Positions 28,201 through 43,200 of a stretch of 64,000 bases of DNA are shown here, one piece after another. Location of the stretch: positions 173-64,172 of the forward strand of contig NMRA01001047.1 of NCBI GenBank assembly GCA_002633005.1, written 5' to 3'. Made by a program: the position numbers and the translations under genes. This DNA is from Phoronis australis. Its lineage: Eukaryota > Animalia > Phoronida. Below the pieces are notes generated by a model. That model ran no database searches. It worked only from the letters and a program-made list of their open reading frames with translations, and had not been told where the DNA came from. Each line of letters starts with the position of its first letter. Positions within the stretch are counted from its first letter, which is position 1.

Positions 28201-31200
28201 TCTTAAAATGTTCCCCATCAAAAAGAGGACTTTCAGGATTTTTCCAAAAAATGTTAATTAAGAAAACAGCAGCATTTTTAAAATTTGATATTGAACATTT
28301 AAATCAAAAGAACTATGATCACGGAATAACTGTTATTTTTCTATGATGTACCTTTCTTTTTCACAAAATTTTACTAAAAAGACTTGGTCACACGACCTAG
28401 CTAATGGCGTCTTTGTATAAACTCAAAAATCAAATTGTATGGACTTTCTGCATTCAAAAAACAAAAAAACTTTTACAAAGTTTAATTTGTGAAGGTAAGA
28501 AGATTTGTGTGAAGGTAACTGCCTAAAGGCAGACTTTCAGAGAAGGTCCCGCGTAACCTCAATACTTATAGATGTACCATGAAAAAACGCATGCCTCCAT
28601 ATCTACCTGCAGCGTGATGGTGGCGGTGATCTTAGCTTCACCCTTCATCTTCTTTATAGTGATTGGAGGACCACTGAGGCATCCTTCACCGTGATGGGAG
28701 ATGTTCTGTCTGTATGAAGGGAGGTCATCAGCACCAGTGAACTATATAATGGTATAATATACAATACAATATAATACAATACAATGCAACAATACAATAC
28801 AATACAATACAAAACGCTAATACTGTATCACAGTGTTTATATAATTATTCTAATTAATTATCAGGACTTGTTCAATTGCAAGTCATGCACACTCAAGAAT
28901 GAAACCCTAGAACTGAAGCAGACGCTAACCATGCAATACACAAGAGGTCAAAATACAAAAAATAAGGTGATAGTTGTTATATTTTGTTTCTCACAAATCC
29001 ACGAAATATTAAGTGCAACTCAACTTTAAGACACTGTTACTGGACACATGCCACTTTGTAATAGGAAACATTTTAAATACAACCCTTTCGCATTGCAAGA
29101 GAACAAAAATGGCTGTCACTTGACCAAATTCCAAAAGTGCCTATCACTTGACCCAATTCCACAAGTGCCTGTCAATTGACCAAATTTCAAAACTTGGTAC
29201 GCAAGACTAGACGAACTGACAGGAACTACGGGCAATTTCATTCATACGCGACCATTGCAAGATGCAGAACATTTTTGCATGAAACATTTGAATATCCCAC
29301 TGCATTAAATTTATACAAGACTGCAGAACGCTGTTCACCAACTACCCTACTGCCATCACCATCCCCGTCTAGTGACAAGGCACTTTATCAGAAAATGTCT
29401 ATCAGAAAGGCATACATATTGCAATAGGCAGAACCGCTGAACTGATAAAGAACCTAAATCAGGACAAGGAACCCTAAAAAGGCCATTTGACATCCCTTTA
29501 TTTTTATCCTGCAAGTTGAAACCTCACCTTGCAAACAGCTATCAGATTGGGCTGCGTGGTGACGTTACCGGATATGTCACGGGTGGACACCTGGAACTCT
29601 ACCGACTGTCCGTTTTCGACGTCGCACGTCTCAGGAGTGACAATCAGTTCGCTGGGCGCCCCCGGCAACAGACGGATCTTCAGTGTTTGCACCTCCCTCT
29701 TCAAACCCGAAACTTTCACGGCTAGATTGTAGCTCTAGAGTAAGAGCAAACCATGGTAATCTACGACATGTTCATCATACCACAGACAAACACTATAATA
29801 GCCATAAGATGATGTCAATAAGGAAAGTGTCTTTTTATAATCTCAGATTGAGAACTGAAGGTTATATTATCTACATGGGTGTGCTCCAGGATAAGGATGG
29901 ATCTGACATGGCTTCTTGTATACCCACTCTCCACCAGATCAAATTAATGGCCCACTAGCGCCACCTGATGACCTCCAAGCTTAAACCACAAAAGCACAAC
30001 AACTGATAGTTCACGATATAGAAAGCTTTTCCTACCTTGCCACTAACAGATTGTATATCGCCTTCTGCCACAATGTCCTGTATGACTAATGTGTTGCCCT
30101 TGATGCAAGTACTTTTGTAGTTCAACTCCAGGCCACTACAAAGGACACACGTCAAGAACTAGTCATTTACTAGCTACAGCGTAACACAAAAATCAGTGAA
30201 AAGTAATCTGTACTCAGAATACATGATGACAAACGGAATGAAACAGGAAAGAGATTTCACCATAGTGGCAGATACATTTGTTCTGCAGAGTTTCATATTA
30301 GTCGAACAAAGCCCATGTGTTTGAGAAACCATAAAATGTTAACAGAAGAAATCTTACCTGGTCTCCAAACTAGGTTTCAGCGCACTCGTTGGCTTGGTGG
30401 GGTTGCCAAATTCATCTTGCACCTCCAGTGGAATGTTGAATGGCGTGCCCACGCGGAACGGTCCATCTAGCAAGCCTACTGTGAACTTATTGGGCTCGCC
30501 CTCTGAAATGATTTGAAGCATGCCACCATTTTTAACATAGCCACAGAATCATTTAAGTCAAGAATCTTGCAACGCTTTGCAATGCAATCGATTTAAACTG
30601 GTCTTTCCACTCTTCTTTTACAATTTCAGACAAAGACATTCAGAAGTGATCGGTGTAAAATGTTTTATTTCAATTCAGTAAAATTTAACTGTTGAAATAA
30701 ACGTTTTTGAATGAATAAAGTTAAGATAATGACAAAAAAGAGACAAAGAAAGAGGACGCTGGAAATCAAATAAGAGAAAATTGAAACAAAAAATAGGAAA
30801 TACTCTAAAAAGAGGAAAATTCCAAGCCATGAGTGATGCACAATCAGCAAGTAAAGGTAATGACACCGGGCATTGAAAGTTAAAAAAATCAAAGTGGTTA
30901 ACCTATTGGTTATTGATTACATATTTTCATTGATTAGCATTATCATACAGCATGTTAACATTCACTACACTAGCAAGCAACAAATAGTTTGCGAGTAGCA
31001 CTTCAATTAACTTGAAAATTGGACAGCTGTGTTTTAGAAAAAGACCCATCACCTAACTCCTCTTTGCATTACACCATGCAATGCTTCACAATGCCCTTCA
31101 TCTCTGGCTGACACTCACCGATGACCGTGAACTGTATTGAGTGCCTGGGCAGCTCCTTCTCTGCAAATCTGTTGGCCCCGCTCTCGTTCAGCACCACTTG

Positions 31201-34200
31201 TAGGATCAGGGTGTGATCGCCAAGGTTCTTCACATTTTCTGAAATGGGACACACGGAATTCCTTAATATCAAATGACTTTAATCATGCTTGAGCTCAACA
31301 AAAGACCTCTGCAATATCTTTTGTGCCTAAAACCATCAGATGAAGCTATGACTCTTTAAGTTTTGTCAAATGTAACCTAGAATCATTACAGCGTAATACA
31401 CAAGAACAACGGAGGGCGTTGATGTGGGGCCCACCATGTGCATTGCAAATGACAAAGATACAAGAAGTGTTATTTTTTCCAACACCAGTGAAAATTGGCA
31501 AATGCAATCCTGGTAGATACTGAGGATGCTGTAAGGAAATCTAAAATGATCACAGCATCAGTTACGCTCATCAAATAATCAGCGCCAGCCACTTTTACCT
31601 AACAGAAACTCCTTTGCCAAGACGACTCTTCCAGGGAATTGAGAGACAGAGAGAAGAATACTAAAAATGATCAAATTGCTGCTAGGAGGAGCAGCACTAT
31701 TCAAAAATGGACAAGAGCTATTTTCATCTAGATAAAATTTTATCTGCCAATGTACTGAGGCAAATGCACAAAGTAAAGCTCTTATTGACAGGAACACACC
31801 TATTAAATTCCACGACATTCTTTTAAAGGAGTTTGGTAGATATTGTCTGAGACAGATGTGAAACACAAAACAGTCACTAGGAAGAGCAGCAGTAGCTGGA
31901 TTCGCCTGAAAGTCATCATCATTTAAACACTTCTCACCACTCAAATTTCACAGTCCATTGGTGGATATTGAAGCAAATGTGAAAAATAAAACTACCACTA
32001 GGGGGCAGGAATGACGGCATAATGCGCTCCTGTATAAATACGTGGATGCATAACAAATATGAAAGAAACATCCTCTCACTCAATTCTACTCATAAATTAA
32101 GCTGCTCAGATGTGATTTTAAACGTAAAACCAGTTGTGCAACCCACATACTTAAATTCGTGACCCAGATTCGTGACCCACATTCGTGACCCATATTTGTT
32201 CCACTCGGGCTTCTACTTACCCATTTTCCTGAACCAGTATCCCCACGATTTTCCAAACTGGCTGATGTGTGAGACGAGCTCTTGGTCGCCCAAAGGATCT
32301 GGAAAACATTGTCGCATCCACCTTAGAAATGATCACGTCAGAGAGAACGTAATACAAAAATCAGAGAAAAAGCTGTAGTAAATTCCACAAAAACATGTCA
32401 AGAAACATTTATTGTGAAATGTCTCATTTCATAACTCAGCGTATGGTTGAGCTGTAATCAGGGCTTGGAATAACCAGTGACAAAAATGAGGAAAAATAAA
32501 TATCCTTCCTAAAATAAGCAGTCTTGTGTCATAGAAGTATATTTTGTGTCGTAAACTTTTACTGAAATAAACATTTTTGCATGAATAAAGTCAAAATAAC
32601 AATAAAAAGATGAAAAAAGAGGAAACTGGAAATCAAAAAAGAGGATCAAAACCAAAAAGGAAGAAATCATATTAAGAGGAAAATTCTAAACCTTGGCATT
32701 CAAAACTCACTCGCGAACCTTTACCACACAGGAATCCAACAAAATCAAATGACTACACTTTCAAGCCAATATTCACCACTATTATCGATCAAAGTTAAAA
32801 GCTCACCATGACAGATCAGTTTGAGTTCCACCAGTAACTTTCCTTGGCGTGACCCCGGCAGTTTACTTATTTCTTCACCTTTACGATTCAAAATGTTTAC
32901 CTTTATTGCACCTGCAAAAGGTAATGAAATGTATAGTTTAGGCCTTCACAATAATGAAATGTCAGTTCTTCTGAGGACCAGAATTGCTAACAGCTCCATA
33001 GCGACCAGAGGCTTAGTTGAATTTGTCCAGAGCAGGTGCTCTGTAGCTTAGCTTGCTGTTAATACAAGATGCACATTTAGGTTCATCATTGCACAATTTG
33101 ACAATTTCACACCAGCATGACACTAGGCCCAACAGACAAGCTCAACATCAGCGCCCTCCTTTGGCCACTGCACAGACACAGTTAGAGTTCAGTCAAACTT
33201 TCCTCAAGTGCTCTCGCGATGAAATGTAGTCGTACTACATAATAATGTTGTTAAAGTGCATTTCACCTTGTAAAGCAGGCTAAAAAATGAAAAAGAATTT
33301 GGCCCTTTCCTCACGTAAAACAAGTCTCATAACACTCCTTACCATGACAGGATTCTATTTGCGTTACCATGGAAACAGAATCCTATCATGGTAAGGCGTA
33401 TTATGATATGGATTTCATGAGAGTAAAACGCATAATTTGATTTTTGTTTTAAACCGGCTACAAAGGGTGAAATTCGGGTTTAATTTCCAATCACAGGCTT
33501 GTGACAGAATTGTATTCATCCCCATTGCAGCACCGTGTATGGCAGTCTTGACATGAATGAACATAATTTACTTGCTTGATTTCTTGTTTAATAAAATTAA
33601 GTGGGTACATGCTACTTCAGCAGAAACAAAAAAAAATTACCGCAAAACGAACATATCCTTTTATTCAGAGCACGTCATCACGAGTTTAATAGCCACTTTG
33701 CTAAACTGACCTAAGGTAAAGTTAGTGAAATCTTATTTTAAGGGCTGCAGCACAAATTATGGGAATTTGTTTAACATCCTAAAATGGAAAAAGATTTTTT
33801 AAGTTTTTAAGATTTCAAAATGTCTTCTTACATCAGGATGTCAAGTAAAAGTTTGTCACAGGTGAAACTCAACATAGCGGCATCATATTAGAGGGATGCA
33901 GTTCAACAGTGCAAGTCATGCAATGGAGGAAACACCTCCACATGAAAACTGTAAGAAGGAAGAAATTTCCTAAAAAGGAACTGCTTTTTATGTATTACAA
34001 AAAATATATCAAACTACAACGCTTGGTGTTCTCCACAACCTGTTTTGACTCGTCACTGTGTCGAGTTTGAATTTTGCTGTGTTGAGTTTGACTTACTTGC
34101 GTCGACTTAGAAAACCTGTGTGCACAACGAGTACTGGGAGATAAATAATTTCTTAAATATACTAGTCCATTTTTGGCTTTTCGTAATAGGTCAATTCATT

Positions 34201-37200
34201 TATTCTACAACTTAATACACAAACTCCTCACAGTATGAACGTGGACTTTCGAACACTCACATGAAGTTTGTAATTCCAGTCGAGTTTATATTTTCTGTTG
34301 TGGGGAACACGTCAATAACTGTGATCAGAAATGACAGCACAGTCGTGTTATACAAAACAAAACAAATTAATCGTTACAACAGGGATGAAGAAACATAGAC
34401 AAAGTTTCCAGATTCAGTCTATCCTTAATTCATGTTTTCATAAAATGACCTTCAAAAATCTCTGAGAGTAGAACGAAACTAAAATAACTATTTAGCAGAA
34501 AGTTTCCAACACACATGAAACTGAAATGCAGATGTGAACTTCAGTAGCAACAGGTAAACAGGTACACAAACTACTGTGTTTATTCTCTTCAGCAGTGGGG
34601 GGTACTGAACCTGATATGATATCAACAAGTAGTACCTAACCTTTGTGACACAGAATAAGTGAGAGATAAAAGACATGACCTGTTCAAGATCAAGCAAACC
34701 AAGTAAGACTTAGAAGCTTTCTCTCACAAGTCGGAAAAAAGGAGTCTAGTTTATAAAGATGGGAGACAATGAATGCGAGACAACTTTAGTTGAAATTCCT
34801 GAGGCTGACGAAATAACAGAAGAGCTTTTGAGGAAAATGTTGGAAACTGTAAAAGGAAAAAGAGTTGTCATTGAGCACTTTCAAGTGACTCCTGCCACCA
34901 AGAAAGGTAACAGGCTTGCTCCACAAAAATTTAATAACGGAAACATGAGCAAGACTGGTTGCACAAAATTTAGTTCTAATTGTTCACGATCACATTTCTG
35001 TGAGGAATGTGTCTGGTGAATTTTTGATGCAATCGTTTAAAAGTCTTGATGAGGAAGTCTCAAACTATAAATTGAAAAACAGCTCTTAATCTGTAGTTGT
35101 TATGTTGTTTTACATTTATTGTGCAAATGAAGTTGAATATTAACATTATGACTATAACACAGCACTACAAACATCGTTTTCAGGAGAGAACTACTCCAGT
35201 GTGCTAGTAAAGGTATCCATAACGTACATGGCAGACAGCATCAAAGAGTTTGACAGTATCATCATCAAACTGCTTGAGAATGATAAAGACGCTCGTCAAT
35301 GGTCTTTGAACATTACCAAGACATTCGCTAAAGAACTCTGCTTCTATAAATGCTACCTTCCAATGCTGATTCAGGCACAAAAGCGAAGGAACCTCGATAC
35401 AATAACACTCCCCAACGTTCCACACGGTAAGGTCACTAGAGAAATAGGGATGATTGCTTTGGAAGACCTCAAAATGCATGGATACAGAACTGTCGCTACG
35501 ACAAACAGCTTGGATGTTGAGCACTGCAAGAAAGTAATGACCGAGCTGGGAAAATTCCATGCCTTGTCTTATGTTGTTAAGGAGGAGCTTACAACGAAGC
35601 AGCACATGGGCAAATATTGGTACGTATACCATGAAGCACTGTACCACAAGAAGTCAGAAGAGCGCTACCTGACTCTGTTTCAGGCATCCTTTAGAGCTGC
35701 ACTGGCAACGGCAAAAATGAACATGACAGATACACGGACAAAAAAAAAGTTCGACAGACTTTACGACATAAATTTATACGATACTATAATTGAATTCATT
35801 CATCCGAGAGAGCCATATAGCGTTGTTTGCCACGGCGATTTATGGCAGGGTAACATTCTCTTTAAATACTGCCTTACTAACAACAACCTGCCATTGGACA
35901 TCAAGCTCATCGATTTCCAAGAAATAAGATTTGCCCCACTCACCATTGACCTAGTCACGTTTTTCTACATGAACACAAGCAGCCCAATGCGCCAGCGCCA
36001 CCTACAGGAACTACTACGCGTCTACTACAACATGTTTAGAACTACGCTACAAAACTTGGAGATAGAGGACAAACTCCAGTTTACCCTGTCAGAATTGGAA
36101 CAAGAGTACAAGAACGATCGCTTGTGCGGGGCTCTAAAGGCGTGCGTGTTTTTGCCGATTATGTACGCTGGGGCGAACAGTCAAGTAGACATATTTGAAA
36201 GAGACAGTGATGAGTTGATGAGACAAATATCAACGTCATTACAAGCTAATCCACACATTATCAACAGGTTGCAAGATATAGTCATGGAGATAATGGAGTC
36301 GGTTAAAATACCCAGTGTACCAAAAACGTGAATGCTAAAATAGTCTCAACTTTGGCAGTTTAAGGTCATACAACACTTGCACTAAACTTCCAAGAACTGG
36401 GGTCCAATGCACCTGCCTTCCGGGAGTTTTGAGACCAATTTCAACATTTCAGTTTCTTAGGGTATGTGAAAACAATGGAATAGGGCAACATGAATTATAT
36501 TGAAAATGAGGCAAATCAGGGTCTACTTTTATCAGAAAAAATAACCCCTGATTTCATATCTTAAGTTTGATTTCTTACTTTTTATCAAAAATGCACCCAA
36601 GGTGACACACAAATTACTCACTTAATTAGCTTAAGTGGTTCACACGATGCAAAACAAAACCTGGGGGGCAGCATGTTCTACTTATTTCACTGTGTTACAA
36701 TCAATAAACACATAGGAAGCACACCATGAACTAGTCACACAGGAAAACTCTTAATGTTCAGTGTACCACAGCTGCGATTCAGCAACACACGTGCTCCAAG
36801 AACAATAAACCCAAATTGCATTGCAGTTTCCTCTAACACACTAATGGACGATAGTTGTTTCCCCTGACTAAAATGTTCATCGACTTTCAGTACACGTCAT
36901 TTGCACGGTCTTTAGTATGTGCACGCCGAGTGTGCCAACACGCAGCTTGCGATTGCATGGCTATAAACTAATGATGCTTGTCAATCATCTCCATTAAAAA
37001 CTACCACTGTATGACTGCAACACACAGTTTCTTCACCAAAATATTATCAATCCTTCATTGTTCATACAGAGCATCTCCTGGAAGTCTTTTTCAAAATCTC
37101 TCCACAATGTTTCAAGTAACAAACTAACCGAACAAGTGATTGACATACGATCGAAAACCCAAACAAAGTCTCCGTCTAATTGAAAGCACAGTCTCCTTCC

Positions 37201-40200
37201 CTGGATTAATTTGCAGACACAATCACACAAGAAGAGAATTCTTAACTTTCACACTCTGTCAATATGCTTTCAGACCCCAAAAACGTAATTGATGACAAAG
37301 ATGGAGCAGACATGGTTATCACAACTTCAGGTTTGACAACAAACATATTGACCTCAGCAAAAGTCTATTCCTATCTTTAGACATTAGTTTGACGACCAAC
37401 CTTTTAATAATAAGCTTTTAAGCACGATCCTCGTGACAGAAACAGTCTCAACTAGCTGAAGGCAAAACGTGCGCAAATATCAACTTTCACAGAAACAAGA
37501 TCCATAAAAACTAGTTGGAATGCCCATGTGAAGACAACAGTGAGCGGAGAACAACAACAAAAGATACCTACCAACGGTGAAACCTGCTGGCTTCTTTTGG
37601 TTATTTCTCACTTCTAAACCCTCTGGGAAGGTCACATCCAACTTGCTGGGCAATCTAAAATATCCAAGGAAAAAACTTTAGTTAAGATTGGTATCCAAGA
37701 AGTTCTAACAGTTATGACAAGTATTTGATGTAGCCTCTCAACTGACAGATAAATTAAAGATCCACTGCCATAAATAGGATGCACAATGGCAATCTAGGGG
37801 ATTTTGTCTGCGGTACTAGTGTTATTTTTCAAATGCATGGTGGGACAGTTGCCAGTTTGTAAAATACCTGTGACAACACAGTCATTGATAACTTATGGAC
37901 GCGTAACTTGATTTGCAATTTGCATTTCATGAGGTGAGATTTTGCTTCAGCGTGATCGAATGGCATAATTCTTTTGGTCTTACTTGGCCTCTTCCTCATC
38001 AATATACTTCTTGATTTGTGCCTGTGTTGTGTTCTGGTCCAGTTTGGTAAGAGGCAGGACACGCATGTTGTCGTGCAAGCTGATTGGCTCCTGTGAGATC
38101 TCGATCTCTCCGCCCGTGGCGTAAACAGCTCCGTCGTACTCCCCGTGAAGGAAGAATCGGTTGATGCGACCGTAAATGATAGGTACCAGACGGATTAGAC
38201 GTACCTTCAAGAGAACACACAGACAAATTGGTGTAAGATTAAGTCATGCACACACCCAGAAATTGCTTTCGCATTATATCCAGGTTCTCAATCACTTCCT
38301 TGCATACAATCACTAAGAAGAAGCTCAGAGGAGCAGGAGAAACATTTGTGCAATGCGTGATTGTGTGCCAGTGAACCCAGGATTTGAACCAGGTCCCCAA
38401 ACGGGAGTCCCAAGCTCAAACCACAACACCACACCGTGTCCAATAGTTCTTGCAATAGTGAAAACTATGCATCCTTTAAGTAAAATACTGGAAGCGTGAC
38501 ATCTGCAGAAAATGAAGAAATGCAAAATTTCAAAGTATATCCATACCATAATGAAAACTTACTTCATCCATCCACATGCAGTAGACTTGAGAAATGACTA
38601 TGAGAAGTGAAATGTGTTGCAATACGCTTAAAAAATTTTGTGTATGAGGAGCTTGTGGTGCTACATGCATTTTAAATATACACGACTGCCCAACCCCCCT
38701 ATCATTATCTTCGTAACCTCCCTTACCAGCTGGCCAGCCTTGAACACCTTTCCGTCCCACTCCACCTGTTTAAACACACCCCAGGGTCCCTGCTTGGCCT
38801 TGGGTAGTTCCGGTCGGCTGATTGTACCCTGGAAGCCAGTGAAGCGGATCTGTTTGTCGCATTGTTCATGACACTCCTTCAACCAATTGATGAAGGAACT
38901 TTCCATGGCAGTCCTCTTGTCCTGCAATTATTAAAGCAGCTTGCTTATTTAAAGGTTCTCACCACCAACTACAGATGGCACTGAGGTTGGTTATTGGAAG
39001 GTTCTCACCAACAACTACAGATGGCACTGAGGTTGGTTATTGGAAGGTTCTCACCAAGAACTACAGATGGCACTGAGGTTGGTTATTGGAAGGTTCTCAC
39101 CAACAACTACAGGTGGCACTGAGGTTGGTTATTGAAAAGTTCTTACCAACAAATACAAGTGGCACTGAGCTTGGTTTCGAAGTTGTCCAGTATCAGTTTC
39201 GATCATTTATCAAAATTTTATAACTAGACTTACAAGACTCAATCTCCTCTACAGATTTATAGTCTCTAAAATGATTGAAAAGGCGATATCTAAATTCATT
39301 TTTTTTAATTCTGATCTTAATTCTTCGTTTTATTGAATTACCTGGCCCATTACAGTGACACTGAAGGCTGTGTTCTTGTCCTTGAGCTTCAGTTCAAGGT
39401 CAGTGAAGGTCAACTTGTTGGTGGACACTTGAAACTTGTCGTTGGAAAACAGGACACCAGAGATCCTAGATAAAGAGCGAGCACACATTAAACCCAGACA
39501 CTGAGGAATTGGGCACGTAGAGATTATGAAGAAGTATTAAAATGAACGAGCAGATTAGTTGGATATGACAGGCAGCTGCTATAAACAGAAACATCTCCCT
39601 GAATATGAAGAATGATCATAATTGTATTATTATCAAACACATTTCAATCTCAAGATGAAAGACTGTTGTATCAAATCTTTCTCGGAAGTTTTATGTAACA
39701 GTTCCAACTGAAGGCAAATTTTAAGAAAATGGCCCGTGCTAAAGCCCCCATACCTGTTGAAACACTCTGCTGGAGGAAATCTAAGCTTCTTTGGTGGGCT
39801 GCACCAGTCAAACCTGCAAGGAGAAACACAGAACAATCAAAGTTTCATATAAATACTCTACGCAGTTTTTCAAGTAGGTTGCATAACGCGTCTACTTAGG
39901 ATTGTAAAAAGCAACAGAGCCACTCCATAAGTTAATTGACACACGTCATGAACGGTCAGTGTTTAGCAACAACAAAAGTAAGACAGTAAAGAACCAAAAA
40001 CAATTTAAATATACTAAAACAAGAGTTCATATCTGCAGTATTCACTATTTTGTCTATATCAATTAAATTCTGAATCTGTTTATAACAGTGCAATTTCATT
40101 GCGACAGGCCCATAGTCTTCAGCTCAAGCTATAACATATGTAATGCCATCATTATTCAAGACTGGACAATACAGGGTGACCCAAAAATGTACTCTCACTT

Positions 40201-43200
40201 CAAATGACAACAACTGAGTTGCTCATTGACATACAGGAACAAAAAAATTTAAAGAGATGATCAAAAAAGTATTCAAACCAAAATGCATTGTTAATAACTT
40301 GGGGAAAAGATTAATTGTCGTTTCACTTCCTTGATATTTTGAGTTTCCAATAAGAATGATAATAAATTATTAATCTCCAAAACCTAGTCACTTGTTTCCC
40401 ATTCCTGTGCATACAGAGCATATGACAGCTCCCACGCCTATTGTCACAGTAAGGTGTAACCATGAAGTACGCTCGGATGTAGAGTCTGATCCATGGGAAC
40501 TGAATTTTAACTCCTGGCGTTGTACTGAAGTGTGTGCGCACTTTTGGGACACCCTGTATTATTCAAGCGTGGTCACTATTATTCATTGAAAGCCTTTTGA
40601 GCCTATCTTGTTCCAAATTCCATAGAAAGCTCTTATAGCAACGTGGAAGATATCTTTTATTTTAACACAGTTAAGTCTACCACATTAGCTACATTGTCAT
40701 GAGCGAACAGACAATTTAAAGTTTTCCAAGCTTGAAATTCAATGCTGAATACGGTGACTGGCCCAACAAGCTGTTGTCCAACTTCTGACAAGCCCGATTT
40801 CCCAAACTCATCGGCAGTCCTTTTTATATCAAGCTGACCGATCAATGAATAGTAAGGAAACAAGGAAGTTGAAGCTTGGTGAACAGTATCCAATAGGGGG
40901 TTATACACTTCAGCTTCACAGAGCTTGGTCAAATTCAACTACAGTAAATGTCATAAGGACCACCTTAGATTTAGTCAAAACTGAACGCCAACTGTATTGT
41001 TTCAAAGAGACACCCATCAAGTACTCTCCAGCATAGTTCTATAGAAAGCGTGCTCTCTCTTAGATGGATGACGTATAGTACAATCACGCGTTCCAAGAAA
41101 AAGAAATAACCCGGTGGTAAATGTTGATACCTACTCTAGAATGGTGGTGTAGGGGATCAGTCGTCCATTCCAGTAACACTCAAAGATGGGCCGCTTGCCT
41201 CGAGCTGGAGGCACGTAGTCATCCTCGTCGTCATCGGGGTTATCAACTGAAAGACAAATATTGCAGGTCACCATGGTTACAGTAAACATTTGTATGACCC
41301 ATTCACAATTATCAGCTTGAGATGAGACTTCACACACTGTAGTGCCCATACAAGGTGTTATGTCAATATTCTGTTATTAGTTTCAAATTTTCCTTTGGCT
41401 TGCACTTTGACAGGGTTCCGAAGTATCTAGAATATTTCAACATATATGAGACGAAAATAGCAGTAGCGTACCACGCCCACGGTGTTGAAACTGTGAAACA
41501 TTAAAATTGAAGGGATGGTGCTAAGCCACGTGCAACAAAACGTGGGTATTCAAAAGTGAAACTGTTGAAAATTCCGTGGACAGCAATAAGCTGCATATTT
41601 GTGTTTAGCCAAACGTGATCATTAATTCAGTGTACAGCATAATATTCATAGCACATAACACAATACATCGCTGCACAATTATTACTTGTGCTTAGTTGGA
41701 GCCTCACAAAAAACTAACCTCTCACTTCATAGTAATCCGGCGGATACGTTTCCTTGTCAAACAGAAATGGATGATAGCGAATAAGTCCTTCTACCATGCC
41801 TGCTCCCGCCACAGTGGCCTTGAACTCAAATGTTCTTGCAGCCGATTGGACGAAAAGAGACTGCATGTCGTCTGCCACATCGCGAAGATTGACTGTCTGG
41901 GGAGTTCTCTCCTTTTTCGTATGCATGGTGACCTGGAAAAAAATTACATAACTAGAGTTTTTAATCTCATTAATGATGTGAATGTCAAAACTGGGAAATA
42001 CACAACTGGCAAGCATTCTGTAGAGGAGAGGACCTTGCGAAAACTCTAGATCATGCAAGACTTTATGATTTATCGCATGTATTCCAAGCGAAACATGCGA
42101 TCACAGTAGCTTCCTTCATAACATTCTTGCATCTACAAAGTGAGCCCAAGTCACAATCAATGGCTGTATTCATCAAAGTATTTTCATGGTAGCAACGAAA
42201 TGCCTCGTGAGTAAAATAAAGCACCACCATGAACATGAATGTGGCTTTCATTTCTTTTTGAAATCTGAGAACAAGCTTCGAAACAAAATATTCCTTGAAT
42301 ATGAATTTCATTTTAAATACTGCAAATTCAACACCATCTACACTGATCTCTTACTACTCGGCATTTTCAGGCACCTAATGACTGACATATTGACTTCAAA
42401 CATCTCAAAAATGGTCAGTCATTGGATTCAAAAATTAATATCTCCTAATTGCCATGCAATGGTAGCTATAAAAACGGACTGGTTAGAAAGATGTTTTTAA
42501 AATTCCCATACCCCACTTCTAACTTTGGTGTATCTTTAGAATTTAGTTTTTATATAAACGCAGGGTTTTAATTTCCATGAAAATTAATTGTTAAGATTAA
42601 GACATGTAGAGTATGTGTCAAGTCGAATTTATAAACAAAACGAATGCAAGAGTGCAGGATGTAAACTCACCTCTATGGATATGTTGTTAAACCTCTTGTC
42701 ATCGTCCGTTTTACTCAATGTGTTTCCATTAGGACCGTGGATGTAGTAGTGATAAATGTGCCTACAAAACCGGACATTTTAATATGAGACTAACAGCCTG
42801 ACTGTAGTCACTAGAGATCCAAGGAAATGTTGGTTGTCAGCCACTCAAGTAGAACCATAAACCTTTGAACTTAACTCTGGTCCGACCACATTGTGCTTTA
42901 CTTGAGTTAGTGTAATTCCGAAAATGGCATCCTTGTAAGCTAAGGTAAACTAAATGATTTCGTCGATAAATATATGATTTCCAATAACATAGTTACAAAA
43001 TTGCAGCTAAATGTAAAAATATCCTTTTACTGAAATAACAGTACCTGTTCCAATGTCCTGTCGATTACTTTAATTTGTACTTTGTTTAACTATGGATGCC
43101 TTATTTAAAGATGCTATGACTCATTAAGTTGTGAATATGCATATGAAATAGTAGTTTACAAACAACCCTGGGTCTCCTGGTGTGCCGGAAATCATCCGAG

